Positions 1-13,200 of a stretch of DNA of 64,000 nt are shown one piece after another. Numbering within the stretch: the first letter of the stretch is position 1; every line of letters begins with the position of its first letter. The notes below the pieces were generated by a model. That model was not told the DNA's origin and did not search any database. It worked only from the letters and a program-made list of their open reading frames with translations. Source of the stretch: Ophelia neglecta (taxonomy: Eukaryota); the NCBI GenBank assembly GCA_965285935.1, contig OZ260662.1:44330001-44394000 (forward strand), in the 5' to 3' direction. The translations under genes were made by a program, and so were the position numbers.

Positions 1-1
1 T

Positions 2-1393
2 GGCTACCTCGCATTGACCTAGGAAGTCGCCATACGATCGCAGGGCTGTGCCATCTCTCGGGGGGACTCTAGGCCACCGTTCCAACTTGTCCCGGAATGC
101 CTTAGCGATGAGAAATGGATCGCCATATCTTTGATCCAACAGAGCCTTTGCCTCTTCAAAGGCTCCACCATTTGACAACAATAGGAAGCCCTCCACAGCC
201 TGCTTGGCAGGTCCACCCAGGTATCTTCTCAAAAAATGTATCTTCTCTGGGTGTGGTATGCCTTTACGCTCGATTAGGGTGCCGAAGGATTCCTTCCAGC
301 CAGGGTACTCCAATGGGTCGCCTGTGAAAACACCAGGTTCAGGCATGGGCAATCTACCAGCATTCAAAACAGACCTCAGCAAGTGGACCAGGTCACCCCG
401 ACTGCCTACCTGAGACAGAGCAGCAGATGAACAACGTTCTGGCACCTGCGAGCCTCCTGTATCCTCTTCTTCCGGAAGTTGCAGCCCACCATGCTCCGAG
501 GACTCAATTGGCAAATATTCACAAGGAGCAGGCGTCACTTTTTGTGGCAGCTGATCATCATTAGGTAAGTCATCTCGACTGGGCACCACGTCTTGTACCG
601 CCTTGTCGGGTAAGCTCTCTTTTTTCTCCACACTCTGTAAATACTGATCTAGAAGCAACTTTCTCCCGTCAGGTACATCAGGAAGCTTGGGCTGATTTGA
701 AACCTCTTGTGTGGTAGCACTGGCTAGCTTCGCTATCGCCTTGAACCTTGCCTCAGCCACATCTATTTCCTTTAAGGTCCTAAGCCTCTCTGCTTCTGCA
801 CGCTGCTTTGCTTCAGCTTCAATGTATCGCAGTTCAGCTTTCAGGGCTGCTGCTTTGGCAGCAATATCTGCTTGTCTTGACATCATGGAAACAGCGGACT
901 CTTGTGATCTGTGTGAAACGCGAGAGCCTTGACCACGGTTTGACGTAGAACTACGCTTGGAAATCATAGAACCAGCTTCCTCCAAGTCAAGCATCACATT
1001 AGTACACAAACCCATGAGGTTAAAATGATCCCTTTCAATAGCATCATATTGATCAAATAATCTTTCTTTCTCATCGGGATCTGCTTGAGAAAGTATACTG
1101 CAATATTTGTTATATTCAGCTTCCACCACTCCCAATATTTCCTCTACCTGAGTGCGACTTCTCCTCAAAGTGGCAATGTCTTCTGTTTCAGTGAGCAGCG
1201 TGGATAGCTGTCCAGCAGCCTTGCGCCATGCGGATATAGCAGAGCGGTAATTTCTCCTCGAGACATCTAAATTATAAGCCACACCCTTTTCTGTGAGAGT
1301 ACGCACGCGTTCGCGATCTTCGCGGGACACATTTTCGGTTTGAGGCCCCCCACTAGCCTGTGTCAAATTATCCTGGTCATGAGCAGTTGCCAT
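2..1393 (-). CDS. gag: BEL/Pao Gag (DUF1759-like) N-terminal part of the polyprotein, 3' partial
   Basis: Manual translation from the ATG at 1393 is stop-free to the window edge (~464 codons), which is why the ORF track misses it. Motifs: RVRTLTEKG; coiled coil AKAAALKAELRYIEAEAKQRAEAERL; RLPMPEPGVFTGDPLEYPGWKESF; EKIHFLRRYLGGPAKQAVEGF; AKALLDQRYGDPFLIAKAFRDKLERWP. Confidence 0.9.
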   Translation of the reverse strand, partial: MATAHDQDNLTQASGGPQTENVSREDRERVRTLTEKGVAYNLDVSRRNYRSAISAWRKAAGQLSTLLTETEDIATLRRSRTQVEEILGVVEAEYNKYCSILSQADPDEKERLFDQYDAIERDHFNLMGLCTNVMLDLEEAGSMISKRSSTSNRGQGSRVSHRSQESAVSMMSRQADIAAKAAALKAELRYIEAEAKQRAEAERLRTLKEIDVAEARFKAIAKLASATTQEVSNQPKLPDVPDGRKLLLDQYLQSVEKKESLPDKAVQDVVPSRDDLPNDDQLPQKVTPAPCEYLPIESSEHGGLQLPEEEDTGGSQVPERCSSAALSQVGSRGDLVHLLRSVLNAGRLPMPEPGVFTGDPLEYPGWKESFGTLIERKGIPHPEKIHFLRRYLGGPAKQAVEGFLLLSNGGAFEEAKALLDQRYGDPFLIAKAFRDKLERWPRVPPRDGTALRSYGDFLGQCEVA

Positions 1394-2224
1394 TACAAAC
1401 CGATATGCCCAGGTACACAATATACACTGCTGGAAATACAGGTCATATCTCAAAATCAAATACAAAATAGACACTCAGAAACACAATGCAGATAAATCAG
1501 GCAACTCAAGCAGACAAAAATATCAAAGGTGACCCGCAAAGGTAATCAAGACAGTATTGCAATATAATTTGTCACTCAGTCTACAAGCAGAAATGATATG
1601 CAAAGACACTGCAATGATACAACAAGTATAAAACACACAAAATTATGAAAGCCACAATACTACTTTGTAATCTACCTATGTGGACATAAAGCTCAGTCAC
1701 ATGTAATTCACAATTTCACAAATATACAGTTACACTCAGTGACAGTTTACTAGTGAGTAAATTTTCAACTTAATCACAGCTATAAACACTGAACTGAAGT
1801 GGTCAAGTAGTGTAGACATGCTTGTATATGCTTTACATAGCGTGGAATACATATTATATATGTGAACACAAAATCACCAGATTTACAGTAAATACCACCA
1901 GTGTGCAAGTGCAACGCATTCTACCCTCATTTAATACAGCAATCCTCCGACGATACAGGCTCCTCAGACGGCTGGCCTCACAAAGCTCGCTGCTACAGAG
2001 TACATATAACCTGGTCACGCCTGTATACGGTCCGGCCCGGCTGCTGCATGTACGGGTCCACACTCAGACACAGCGGCGGCTCGAATGTAGGTCACAGGAT
2101 CACTCCACAGGCACCAGCGTTACCACCAGCCCAAATACGTCTAAACTTCTAGCATGGAGCCTGCATGTACATGACAGGATACTGGCTGGCTATATACGTC
2201 GAACTGCTTTCAAGGAGTTTTCAC

Positions 2225-2645
2225 TGTTAGGGCAGACAGGGGCGATGTCTACCCGGGACGCATTAAGACACACAAGGAGACTCAACTGATGACATAGGCC
2301 TTTTCAGCGTTTATTTCAACCATACGTTGTCACCGTGAAAACTACAACAAAACAATATGACCATGAAATACAGCTTACACCTGCTGGTATTAGTAATATC
2401 TATGGCTTCCGATTAAAGTTATTAAACGTAACACTAATTACCTCCTTGGTCCCTTTACTTTCGACTAAAATCTCCTTAAAATGTTGACACGTCGAGAAGG
2501 AGGACAGCCATCTCACTGGCCATCTGGCGTACCACGCAAAATCAAAAACTGGTGCAGCCACCAAGCGCTAGCTGCGCAAACTAATATCAGAGAAAGCTAG
2601 GTAGTTTAAAATAAGTAGTGCATTAGTAGTGCAGCTACTGTTACA
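2225..2645 (-). repeat. 5' long terminal repeat of the BEL/Pao element
   Basis: The minus strand reads TGTAACAG...GCCCTAACA, with AATAAA at ~2310-2315. The outer flank CCTTA (2646-2650) is the predicted 5-bp target-site duplication. The second LTR is outside the window. Confidence 0.75.
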
Positions 2646-4231
2646 CCTTATCCCCCCCCCCCCCCCCCCGAAAACCGCACCCCCATTGCCATCCGCAAAC
2701 CCATTTATAGACATTGTAAAGGCCAACAATAGTAAATTACTAAACTGGAAGGTTTGAAGAGTTTAAAAAGGGGCAGGATATTTCCCTGCTTGCTCAGTGC
2801 ATTTTTTTACTGCATGTCAATTTCCGAAGATACCACGGTGGTAGGATGCCTCTAGACCAACGCGGGAATACTCTAAAATGGGTATGGGTAATTAAAACGA
2901 AAGTCAACAGTTTTAAACCCCCAATACCACCATGTGAACCTTTCTTCAGTTGATGGCACTGTGTATTGCCCTATATTTGCAGTGGAGGCCGACAAATTCC
3001 ATCCTTCGCAATCGGCGTCTCCAAGAAGGAATACCCACCAATAAAAATGATTTATAGGCCTAACTCTACAAGATTATAGTGCTATGACTTATGGGAATAT
3101 TGGGTTCTCTATCTCAGGCCGCTAAGTGCCGTTGAATACCGACAGAAAGCGTGATATTCAATGCGCAATTTCTAGCTGTCATCTTAAAAACAAACGAATA
3201 CTGCCAGAACAGAACAGCCTGCAATTCCCTCCATCAGCAGACGGCTGATATAATGTCACTTTTTTACTGTGCCTTTCTGTGAAACCTGTTCAGCGGCTGT
3301 TCAAAATAAAAGCATGGGTGGGCTTGACTTGCCCTCTGTGGAGGCGTGTTGATTTATAGATTCTGAACGAAAACCATGATGCAAGGTACATTTTTGCTTT
3401 GTCCAAGTATGGATCAAACTCAAAAGGGGGAGCTAAGGGAAGCTGTATTGTCGTGTAGACGGGACTGTAGCCATTTCAGCTTGTTTTAAGAACGCATATA
3501 AAATACCAAGTTAAGTATGCTGAATGTGTTCACGGAAGAAAAGACCTTAATCATTCTTGACAAGGCTGCTGCCGACTAACATTTACGCTACACCCACATA
3601 GCCTCAAGTTAATAGGATGTAATAAGAAACAATAATGACAATTATCTCGGCCATTATCTTGACGAATAGAGCCACAGGCTGACAGCGTTGTAAATCTGTA
3701 TGTTACAATCTGCTACTTCCGTTTGCAAAGTCTGTCGGGCGGGGTGCTGGGTCAGACTCTCGGCACGGTGGGTACGGTCAGGTTCGACCTTTATTCTGAC
3801 CCATACTATCATCCATTAATCATCATTTTTCCGAGAAAGCCACCAGGATTTATTCCATTAACTCTGACAGATTAGCATTTTCGAGGTATCAGATTAGAAC
3901 ATTCTTTTACCAGATTACCACCCACCCGCATAAAATCGACCGCGAATAAAACGGTTTTACATTCTAAAAGCAACAAGACCAACACAATATAGCTTCAGCT
4001 TTAAATTGGATGTAGCGGCTAGCTAACACAATGTGAAAGATTCATCTGGGCACAGCATCAGGGATTACAGTATGGGTGAATCGATATCCTTTATCCGATA
4101 TTATACATCAAAGTTTCCCCTATTTTTATTTTAGGTCTGGCTCATGTTATCTACGTCCAGCGGCTGCGGCAGACTGGAATTATGTCTTCCGGACTACAAG
4201 CGTGACGGGGATAGTTTCACGGATGACTCAC

Positions 4232-7200
4232 ATGTGGTTATATAACATTACAGTAATATTAAAGTTCACATTAAAATAGAAATCAGAAGGGCTGCGTAAC
4301 CATATGTATAAAAGCATTATTACAAGCATCAAACAGACTGCGCCTTCACAAACACGACTACGAAGGTCGGATATAACAGTATAATTATAATTTTTTATAG
4401 GTGTAGGCCTTAACACTGTGCTTATTTGTTTGTCATATTTGCTTGAATAAAAAAAGATACAACTAGAAAGGTTTGCTTTACAAAGGACATGACCAACACT
4501 GGTCACTTTATAAGGTGGCAGCTGCATTATTATAAACAATAATATTTTGAACAAGAATATACATCTTTGAAAATGATCAAATTTCATAACCGATTGCTGA
4601 TATGAAAATTGCTGATATCACGTGACTTAAATGAAAAATGCCCTCATCGCTGAGGTATTATTATGGATATCAAGAAATTACCAGGCTACAATGATAGACA
4701 GAGATATATCGATATACCGACCATAGCACTCCAAAGAAGTCCAATGGCCGACTTCTTGTGCCAAACACTCTTAAACATGGACTCGAAATGTATTTTGACC
4801 TGCGCAAAGTCGATGACTGTTATTTGCAGTTGGGTTGTTTCCCCGGGGTTGGAGACAACTGACAGTGATTAGTAATGTGAAGTGATCACCAGTCAGCGGC
4901 CGGCTGTGTCATTGACAGGCGTGAGACAAGTTGGAGGCTATGGTCGTCTGCCGAGATTCCTTATCAGCATAGATCAAGAGACTTCCTAGCTGTCATATGA
5001 CCATCCGGATTCCACAGGCAAATGAAAAAGGGTAATGGCAACCTTACTGCAAAAAAGGTCCCCAAGCAAGTTCACCGCTCAATATTTTGTCCACCATATT
5101 TTTGCCGCGGAAATGAATTGGGCCAGACGACATTCTTTCCCCTGCCATAAGGGACGATGCTACTAACTTCAAACAGGGGACCGGTTTATTTGCCGTCCAC
5201 CTCAAGTGTTGACCAAGAAAACGCATTTAGATCGAAGTTGTTGTCTGAATACAAGACACTCCCCTAGGAGTCGTTGAACATTATTTACTTTTCCTGCATC
5301 TTGGGCTCAGCCGCTTTAGGACATGAGCGAAATACCCTGCAGGCCATACAAGGCGGACAGGAGAAATGTAAAGGCCCACAAACCTCACCAATACTGTAAC
5401 TCAAATACGTGGCCAGTGAAATGCTGCGGAAAGTACTTCTCATGCAAAGAGAAGCTCACAACCAGAGTCATGAAGAATAACATTCCAACGTCTGCCAGAA
5501 CAAATCATGCACTGTCACGAAATGGACATATCAATTGCAGGCTTCTCTGAGGTATACTCTAAGTGACAATACATGTTTTCAACTATAAGCCATGCATTCA
5601 TGAGACTCATATGATTGTTAAATAGATATAGGTTTACCATTTACAGTGCTAGCACCGCTAGTCATGAGCCAGAGAAAAAAGCACTGTAGTGAGCAAGCTG
5701 ACAATCACTAAATGAATTTCAGCACCGGTTTCATTTCCTTAACCCGATGCCTGGTTTTAGTGCAAACCTTTAGTTATTGATAGGATGTCTTTTACTACAG
5801 ATCCCATGCTGTTTTATATAACCACGAACCCTGCCTTCTAACTATTCCAATTTTCCAACTGCAACCGTGTTGTTCTAATAATTCGAAACTCACCAATTTA
5901 GGTAATTTTCTTTCTCTGGCCTCAATAAATTGTGATATCTTGCTGGATTTTTAAATACTTAAAGGAGAAATGTTGTTTAAAATGCCGCCCAGTCCTCTGG
6001 AATGAGCCATGTATGCGGTGATTGTAGACGTATGCGCCATAACCTGAGGTCCCATCGAATGAATAATAGATAGCGATTTTCCTTCAACCTATAGAACATT
6101 GAGCTTGTTCTTGGCTGGCGATCTTTATCACTTCGGAGGCACTCTCCTGGACACATTCAGTTGGAAAAGCAGAAATTTTGTCACTTTTGCATTGGTTTCA
6201 CAAACTGGGATAACTAGAAAACAGTATGAGCTCTGATGTCGACGGTTGACATATTTGTCGCAATAAAGCTCAGCATTATTCATGTGGACTAGGCTTACAA
6301 GTGGCTCTCTATTCTTATTAAAATCTGAGTAGAAGCCATTCATGGAAATTACACCGTATTCATACGCTTGACGCCATTCTCGAGATACCAAAATGTCACG
6401 CCCCGAGGGTAAATACAGTCTCACCCGTCAAAAAGGAGGAAATGCATCGAATACCGTTGAGCCAACTGCAATACAAGGAAACCTGCCGATATATTCTGCT
6501 TGTCCTTCCGCAACTGCTCTTCACAGTAACGAGAACTCGTATAGGCCCCGAGAGAATAGCCGAAAAGATTAAGCCTCACACACATCACTCTAAGGTAGTA
6601 CGATGCACGTAGCCAGGTTTAGAGTCAGTTGCCACATCCAGTCCCTTACCGGCATAGGCCTATGAGAATTAGTTACCGGGATGGATACCCGGCTGAGAAA
6701 ACCTATTCACTACTCTGACGAATCAACATACCTATATAGGGCAGTTCTATTCAACGTCCATATAGACCTAGGTATTGAAAACCTGATGGAAACCAAGGTC
6801 AAGTTTGAAAACCATTTAAAATGCGAAAAATATGCTTTCCTATATGCTTTTAATGGTGATCATGGTTTCATCTCAAAGACGTAAAGCTCACATCTTATTT
6901 CGGTGAATAAACCTTGAAGGTAAAGGAAAAGGTCACTTCTAAATATAATCCCTGAATTCACCTTTCCTACTTTTTTTATAGCTTTCAATATAGTATGTTT
7001 CATATTTAAGACGTTACACTACATAAAAATTTAAGCATGCAGCTGGGGTGATTTTGTAGCGTCTGCTTAAGGCATTTGCATCAGATACAGAATGAAGATT
7101 CTTGGGTATCTGGGTATCATGGTCCGGCACCCCGCTAGATGTGGTACCTGATCGATGTAATCGTTTATACGCCGCGGGTAGATAGCAGTTGGCTCACCCT

Positions 7201-10200
7201 CCTCAGGGAGTTGAGCCTGCACTGGTCTGATGATAAAGTCCAGACCGGGGAGGTAAATGTGAAGTCATTAGAGCGTGGTTGCCGCTTGAAAATCAAAATT
7301 ATGAACCTCTACTTTTGTTAAACTATTTTTACACTGAATATGTCAAAATAATAATAGATAATTATCAAGCACTGACGTTGCCAGCAAATTACCAGTTGTT
7401 ATTTTATATATTACGAACATTGCACAATTTAAGGTACATGTAGAAATTGTTTGTACACAACCGCAGGACTGTCCAATGAAACCATTTGTTGCGTAAATAT
7501 ATATCAAATGTTATGCGATGTTGATCAGTTATCAATCGGTCTCAGAAATAGTTGTTTGTGCATTAATGACATGATTTTTAAGACTGTAGCTTGTATAAAC
7601 AGTACATTAAAGTCGAAACAACAAAGATGGACAGTCTGAGCTGCCATTAGCAACTTGAGCCGCACGCGAGGGTGGCAAATGGCAGGAAAGACTGTTCATC
7701 ATTTGTGTCGGGCCAATCACACAGCATAACGACCGTGAACATCATGTCATCACCACTGTTAGTACCTTTGCCATCGTGCATAATTTAGACACAATCCAAT
7801 CTTCTATGCTATATAGGCAGCAAAGGCGCCACCGCTCCGCAAGTAGGCCTAAATGACTAATTCAATCCGTCGCACCATTAAATTCTAGTTCCGGCATTGC
7901 GGTAAATAGACAAACATTGAGGAGCATGTCCTATTCGCCTATGACATGGTCAAAGAACTAAGAAATGTTCAGATTTCAAGGCAAAATTTTAGGCCTGTAG
8001 AGTTTTTCAAACTTTTGCCGCAAATTGCATTTGTTTTATAAGCCAACAAATATGACATCAACATGACTGTAACTATATATGTCATCATGATGTCATGCCT
8101 AACTCATGTGTTCAAAGCTTCAATCATGGGAGCGCTAAGGGAAATATTCAATAGGAGTATTAATTCTTATTTTATCTATTGAGTATCCCGGTAAATTGCA
8201 ACTTTTTCCTCTTCGCCAAGTTGTACTCTTTTAACCAAACGTATGGCACGGGCCCTTTGGTGTAAAGTAAACCGGCGGTGGCAAGAAACAAAGCATCATT
8301 GTCCATGCACGTTTCCCGTTAAAAATTAAGGCCTTGGAGTTAATATTACCAAATTCAATTCAATTACGGAATTGTTCTTATATACATTAATATTTAAGAT
8401 GTACACCATTATAACTTGGAAGAAAGTTGGTATTTTTCAGCTAAGTGCAAAAAACCACAACTAAAAATAGTTTGTCACAGGAAGAAAATATATGGATTAA
8501 CTATAAATAGTCGACCTACTCCTTGAGTATTTCAAGACGTTCCTCACGTGGCAACTAATTTGGCATATCTAGGCTGATGCCCTTTGCCGCATGTGCCCTA
8601 TACAACCTTCTCGAATTACATGTCCCAACTAGCAATTCGCTACAATAATATTTGTTGTTATTTCGCGTGAAAGAAACGGATAAAATTAGCCGTTTTAATG
8701 ACCTTTCTATGGCTTCTACGACAAGAAGGAATCCTGCAAAACGTCTTGTAGCTGTCGGGATTCTAAACATTGTTACTGTTTTATGGCCGCTTTTTATGTT
8801 CTTTTTTATTACATTATTGAAATACCCATCGCCATTGCAAGATCATCGTGCAATTTATGAGCAGATGACATGCAACAAGAAATTCGCTTGGGTGAATATT
8901 TAACGGAGTACAACGCTCCCTTCAGCGGGACAATAACATGTCCGTTTATTAATTCGATAGAAATCATTTAACTGTAACCAAAGGCTGTAGCCACATAATA
9001 GGAACAAAGGGGACATTTGTCAACTAGTCAAGACTCCGATATGCGAGAGTCGATTTAAGGATACCCCATAATAACACGTGTCAAGGAAGCAATATATTTC
9101 CTTTAATGGAAAACGAACATTGCTGGGTTGGGTAGTCTACGAAAATAACTTCTTAGGCCCATTTTACTTTAATTGTGTGCAATACCATCATCATTCCAGT
9201 TTTTGTTCTTATACAACTTAATGGCTTACCGCTGTACATCATGTATTTCAAAATGTGGGTAAAAAACAGCTATTTGAACAAAAGATGGCTCGACAAATTA
9301 CGGGCTGTTTGTGATCATAACAGTCCTGGACTTGATCAAGTCAAGGAACTCAAATGTCTGTCTCAGTGATAGTATTATTTTACAGTTTTTTAACTTTAGT
9401 ATATGAACGGCAATTCGTCAGTCACCCTTTCAGATAATTAGACTTCTGCGCAGGAGAATCATCATAAAAAGAGTTAGTTAGTCACAAGAACTAGTTCCAA
9501 TACGCTTAAGGACTATCTATAGTGTCTGTTCATCAATTATTTGCTTATAATGAGCCAAGACTCGGGAACAATCTCAGTGGCAAAGTTGGAGATGTTGCGC
9601 AATTAGAGGCTAAGAAGGAGGTGTCATGTTTATTATAACGGTTGGCCTTAGCTTTACGCCACTGATTATACTTTATATTGATTCATTACATCTCGGAACG
9701 GTTTAGGGGAGCATCGCCCTGTCTATTGAAGGACTTTCATGTTGTATTCTGTGCACACTGTTTCACTATATGTAGTTCGATTGGAAATAGGCGAAATAAC
9801 ATCATTTTGTCTGGTGGAAAAAAATGTACTTTTTCCAAGCACAAAATGGCGACCATATTGGAGTTAGGACAAATTCTATACGTCTACAGCTTATGTAAAC
9901 AAACCCATGTTTCATCGGTAAAAGTGAGCAAAGATATTCTAATTTGGAACAAAATATGATTCTACCATTTCCGGATTAGGATATTGGTTGTAATCAGAAA
10001 TGTAAATTTAAATGCAATTTCATCATAACTAGGCCTTGAAACTTGCACACTGATTTAAATTGATGTCAAGACAGAGATAATTTTGTTACTTGTCTATTAT
10101 CCATAAGATTTCAATAAATTTATGATGCTTTATTTAAAACACAATTAAGTACACGCCAGAAATCGTAATATTAGCGCAAAAGCAACTGGTTACAGTTAAA

Positions 10201-13200
10201 ACCTTTCAGTGACCCAACAAATTCAAATATAGCTTTATACCAATTAGGTCTTCTTTTTGATAACGTCAGAGACGGTGTCAGACTAAGCATGGGATATATG
10301 TGCTTGGAAGGCCAGTGTTTAACATCAACAACTGTTTTGGATATGGGCACAATTCTAAAATCCACCCGTCAATCCCTCAAAACGAATTCTACATCGGACA
10401 TTTGAACGGCTTATTTAATTCTTGCTTTATAGAACAAATCCTGCTTGTGCCTATCATACTATCGATGACTTTCCTTTTTACTGTTTATATGTAGGTTCTG
10501 GCGGCCACTGTTTTGACACAAAAGCAGTAAAAGCACATTGGCTTTAAGTAATCTATTTCCCTCATCCTAGTTCTAGGGATCGGGCGCATATACTTCGTTC
10601 TGTTATAGCATCATATGTGGCAGATGCACGTGTTCATGCACAATACAAGCGAGGCTGTTTCACTTTAAAATTGCTAACATCTTATTGCACCATCGAGGAG
10701 ATTAAATAATACTTTCCTCGTGAGTATGGAAAAAAGGGACCTCTTTGTCTTTTCTTGTGTTGATTGAGACAATTTCGTCTTTGTCTTTAAAATATTAGAG
10801 ATAGCTTATACCATCATAGACCCTCCTAGACCAGATTTCATCTCTTCCGTACAATAACCATTGGTCCAGTTTTTTGTTGTTGCACTTTATCGCCTAGTTG
10901 ACTACTTCTCGTTGCAAATGAAACCGATTTTTTTTTTTCATTTTGAATTTGCGTTAATTTACTGCTAGGGAACTGAGGATTGATTAAGGGGATCTGTGCC
11001 TGGAGGTTCCTGGACATTTTGGAACGATTGAACTATTGTTGTTTAATGATTTTACTTTGTTTGCGGGGTATCTATGTATCCTCATTTTTAGAATAACGCG
11101 ATAGTTGCTGACACGATAAAAGATTCCGATAATTTACTGCGATTTCCGAATAAACATTATTATTAAATAAGCGAACGATCGAAACTGAGACGAAAACGGT
11201 AAACTGTGTGGTGCATTAAGACTGTAAAGAGGGTATACAACGAGACAAATCTTGTTATCCAATGCTAAATCTTTTCTTGTCATACATAGCCAAATCTTGG
11301 CAAAGAGATGTGCAAAGACTCATTCAATTCCATCAAAACCAGGCAGGATCACTTCCTAGAAAAAAAGTAACAAAATGGTTTACCGAGAACATTTTAGGAT
11401 CATTAAGCAGCTGAAAGTTGACAGAGTTCAAGCAGTACTGCCTTATTATACATCTGTAACGACCGTCTTCGAAAGGTTGCTGATTATATTCTCCAAAGAT
11501 TGCACAAAAATTCGAAGTGATTTTGCAAGGGAAATGAACAGCTTGTGCCAATTACGAGTGGTTTTCTGGGGAAGGTCGAACCTTGTTTCACGAATTGGCA
11601 TGTTTTTGGAAATGTTTTTTTAACAAACATGATCCAAAACATGAAAACTCATAATGGATTTCGCTACTAAGTAGGGCAAATCCGACACAATAGCAATATG
11701 GCTTATACAGGAGTGTGACTTTAGCCAATGCCTGTTATCGGAGATATTGAGTACAATTCTCTTGCTTCGTCCTTTCACCCTGATACATTTAAATGCGCCC
11801 TGGTCCATCCTCTGCCAGGTTTGAAAAAGGAGGTGCTCGTCAACTATTGGCCAGATTAACATAAAAAAAATATTGGAGAAGGTAGTCCTGAAAAAAGATG
11901 GATGACCAGATCCGAGAAAACTTATCAAGACCATGCCTGATGTCAGAAACACTCAACAGAAACGGCACTGCTTAGAGTACAAAAAGACCTCACTGAGGTT
12001 CTCGATGTTGGTTCCAATGTTGCACCGATGGACTTAGATCTATCGGAAGCTTTTTTATTTTATTCTTAAAGGGTCTGTCGAACATGTAAGAATTAAACAT
12101 CGGATGCATTGAAGTGGTTTGAGCAATATCTGGCCATATCGATCACGGAAGGTAGCTATTGAAATATCTGTCGTCCAGCAAACTGTTCAACTGCTCTCCC
12201 TCTCAGGTTCATTCATTTGCCCCGAGGGGAATAGTATTTACTGAAAGCCTGTTAGTTGGTATAGATCTATCACAGTCTGGTATTTGCTACTATTACTACC
12301 ATTACTTTGGTGCTGACACTCAGCTTTACCTTTTGAATACGTCAATAGTCGAGTGGTGTTACAATTCCCACAGGATCGTATCATGTGCTTCGATGTATGC
12401 AATAGGGTACAAATGAACACATGTAAACAGAGATAATCATATTCACGCCTCAGAAGTCTAGGGTTGCAGGTTGTTATTTATGTCTTTAAGCATTTGTACG
12501 AGTGAAATCAAGCCCCAAAATGTGTCAAGATTCTAGCTACGATCATCCTGGGATCCTCATATGAGTATGGACACACAGGTCAGTTATGTCTAGCGCCGTC
12601 ACTTTCGCTGTATGAGCTGATTCTCACGGAAGATGCTGATAGAATCATTGTTCAGGCACTTGTTGTTTCGCGCCTGGATTATGGCAAAGCATTGCCTAGC
12701 ATACCTCTGGTGAAACAAATAGCCTGGCCGCAGAAAGTGCAAAATGCTGCAAAAAGGTGAGGCACGCTAAATGGACCTTTTGCACAACCCTGGCGGCCAT
12801 TTTGTTTTTCATAATATCTTCACAAACTTATCCGTACTAACCTTCTCGTATTCTATACACCAATTGAGTCGTGGGGCTGTCACTGGAGCCGCTCGCAAGT
12901 TACCACGAGTCATAGCGGCCATTTTTCGGATCTTGATAGTTATCGAACTTGACTCCAATATTATGCCCATAAATATTGTCAAGAAAATTAAAAAACATAG
13001 GATGATAATTATTCACGTTATTGTCTGGACATGGCAAATGGACGCCGTCGCCGCGGTCTGGCTCTCTTTTTTATGTGATATTGCTGGTTATCAAAATTGG
13101 CCGAGATATTATGCACATAAACTTCGGAGGCGTGTTCACTGAGTCCGCCTTCCAGGCGACAGATTACATGGCGTAAGAAGGCTGCTTTTGAAAGCGCTAC

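Larger units (their letters stand above)
1..2645 (-). mobile_element. BEL/Pao LTR retrotransposon, 5' portion (5' LTR, leader, gag); continues beyond the window start
   Basis: An LTR with TG...CA ends lies at 2225-2645. It is followed on the minus strand by GTGAAAACTCC, a ~830-bp leader and a long open gag ORF with BEL/Pao motifs. Confidence 0.9.

Noticed and set aside
19-932. Short ORF-track entries at the window start
   Set aside because: Off-frame or antisense shadows of the BEL/Pao gag ORF.
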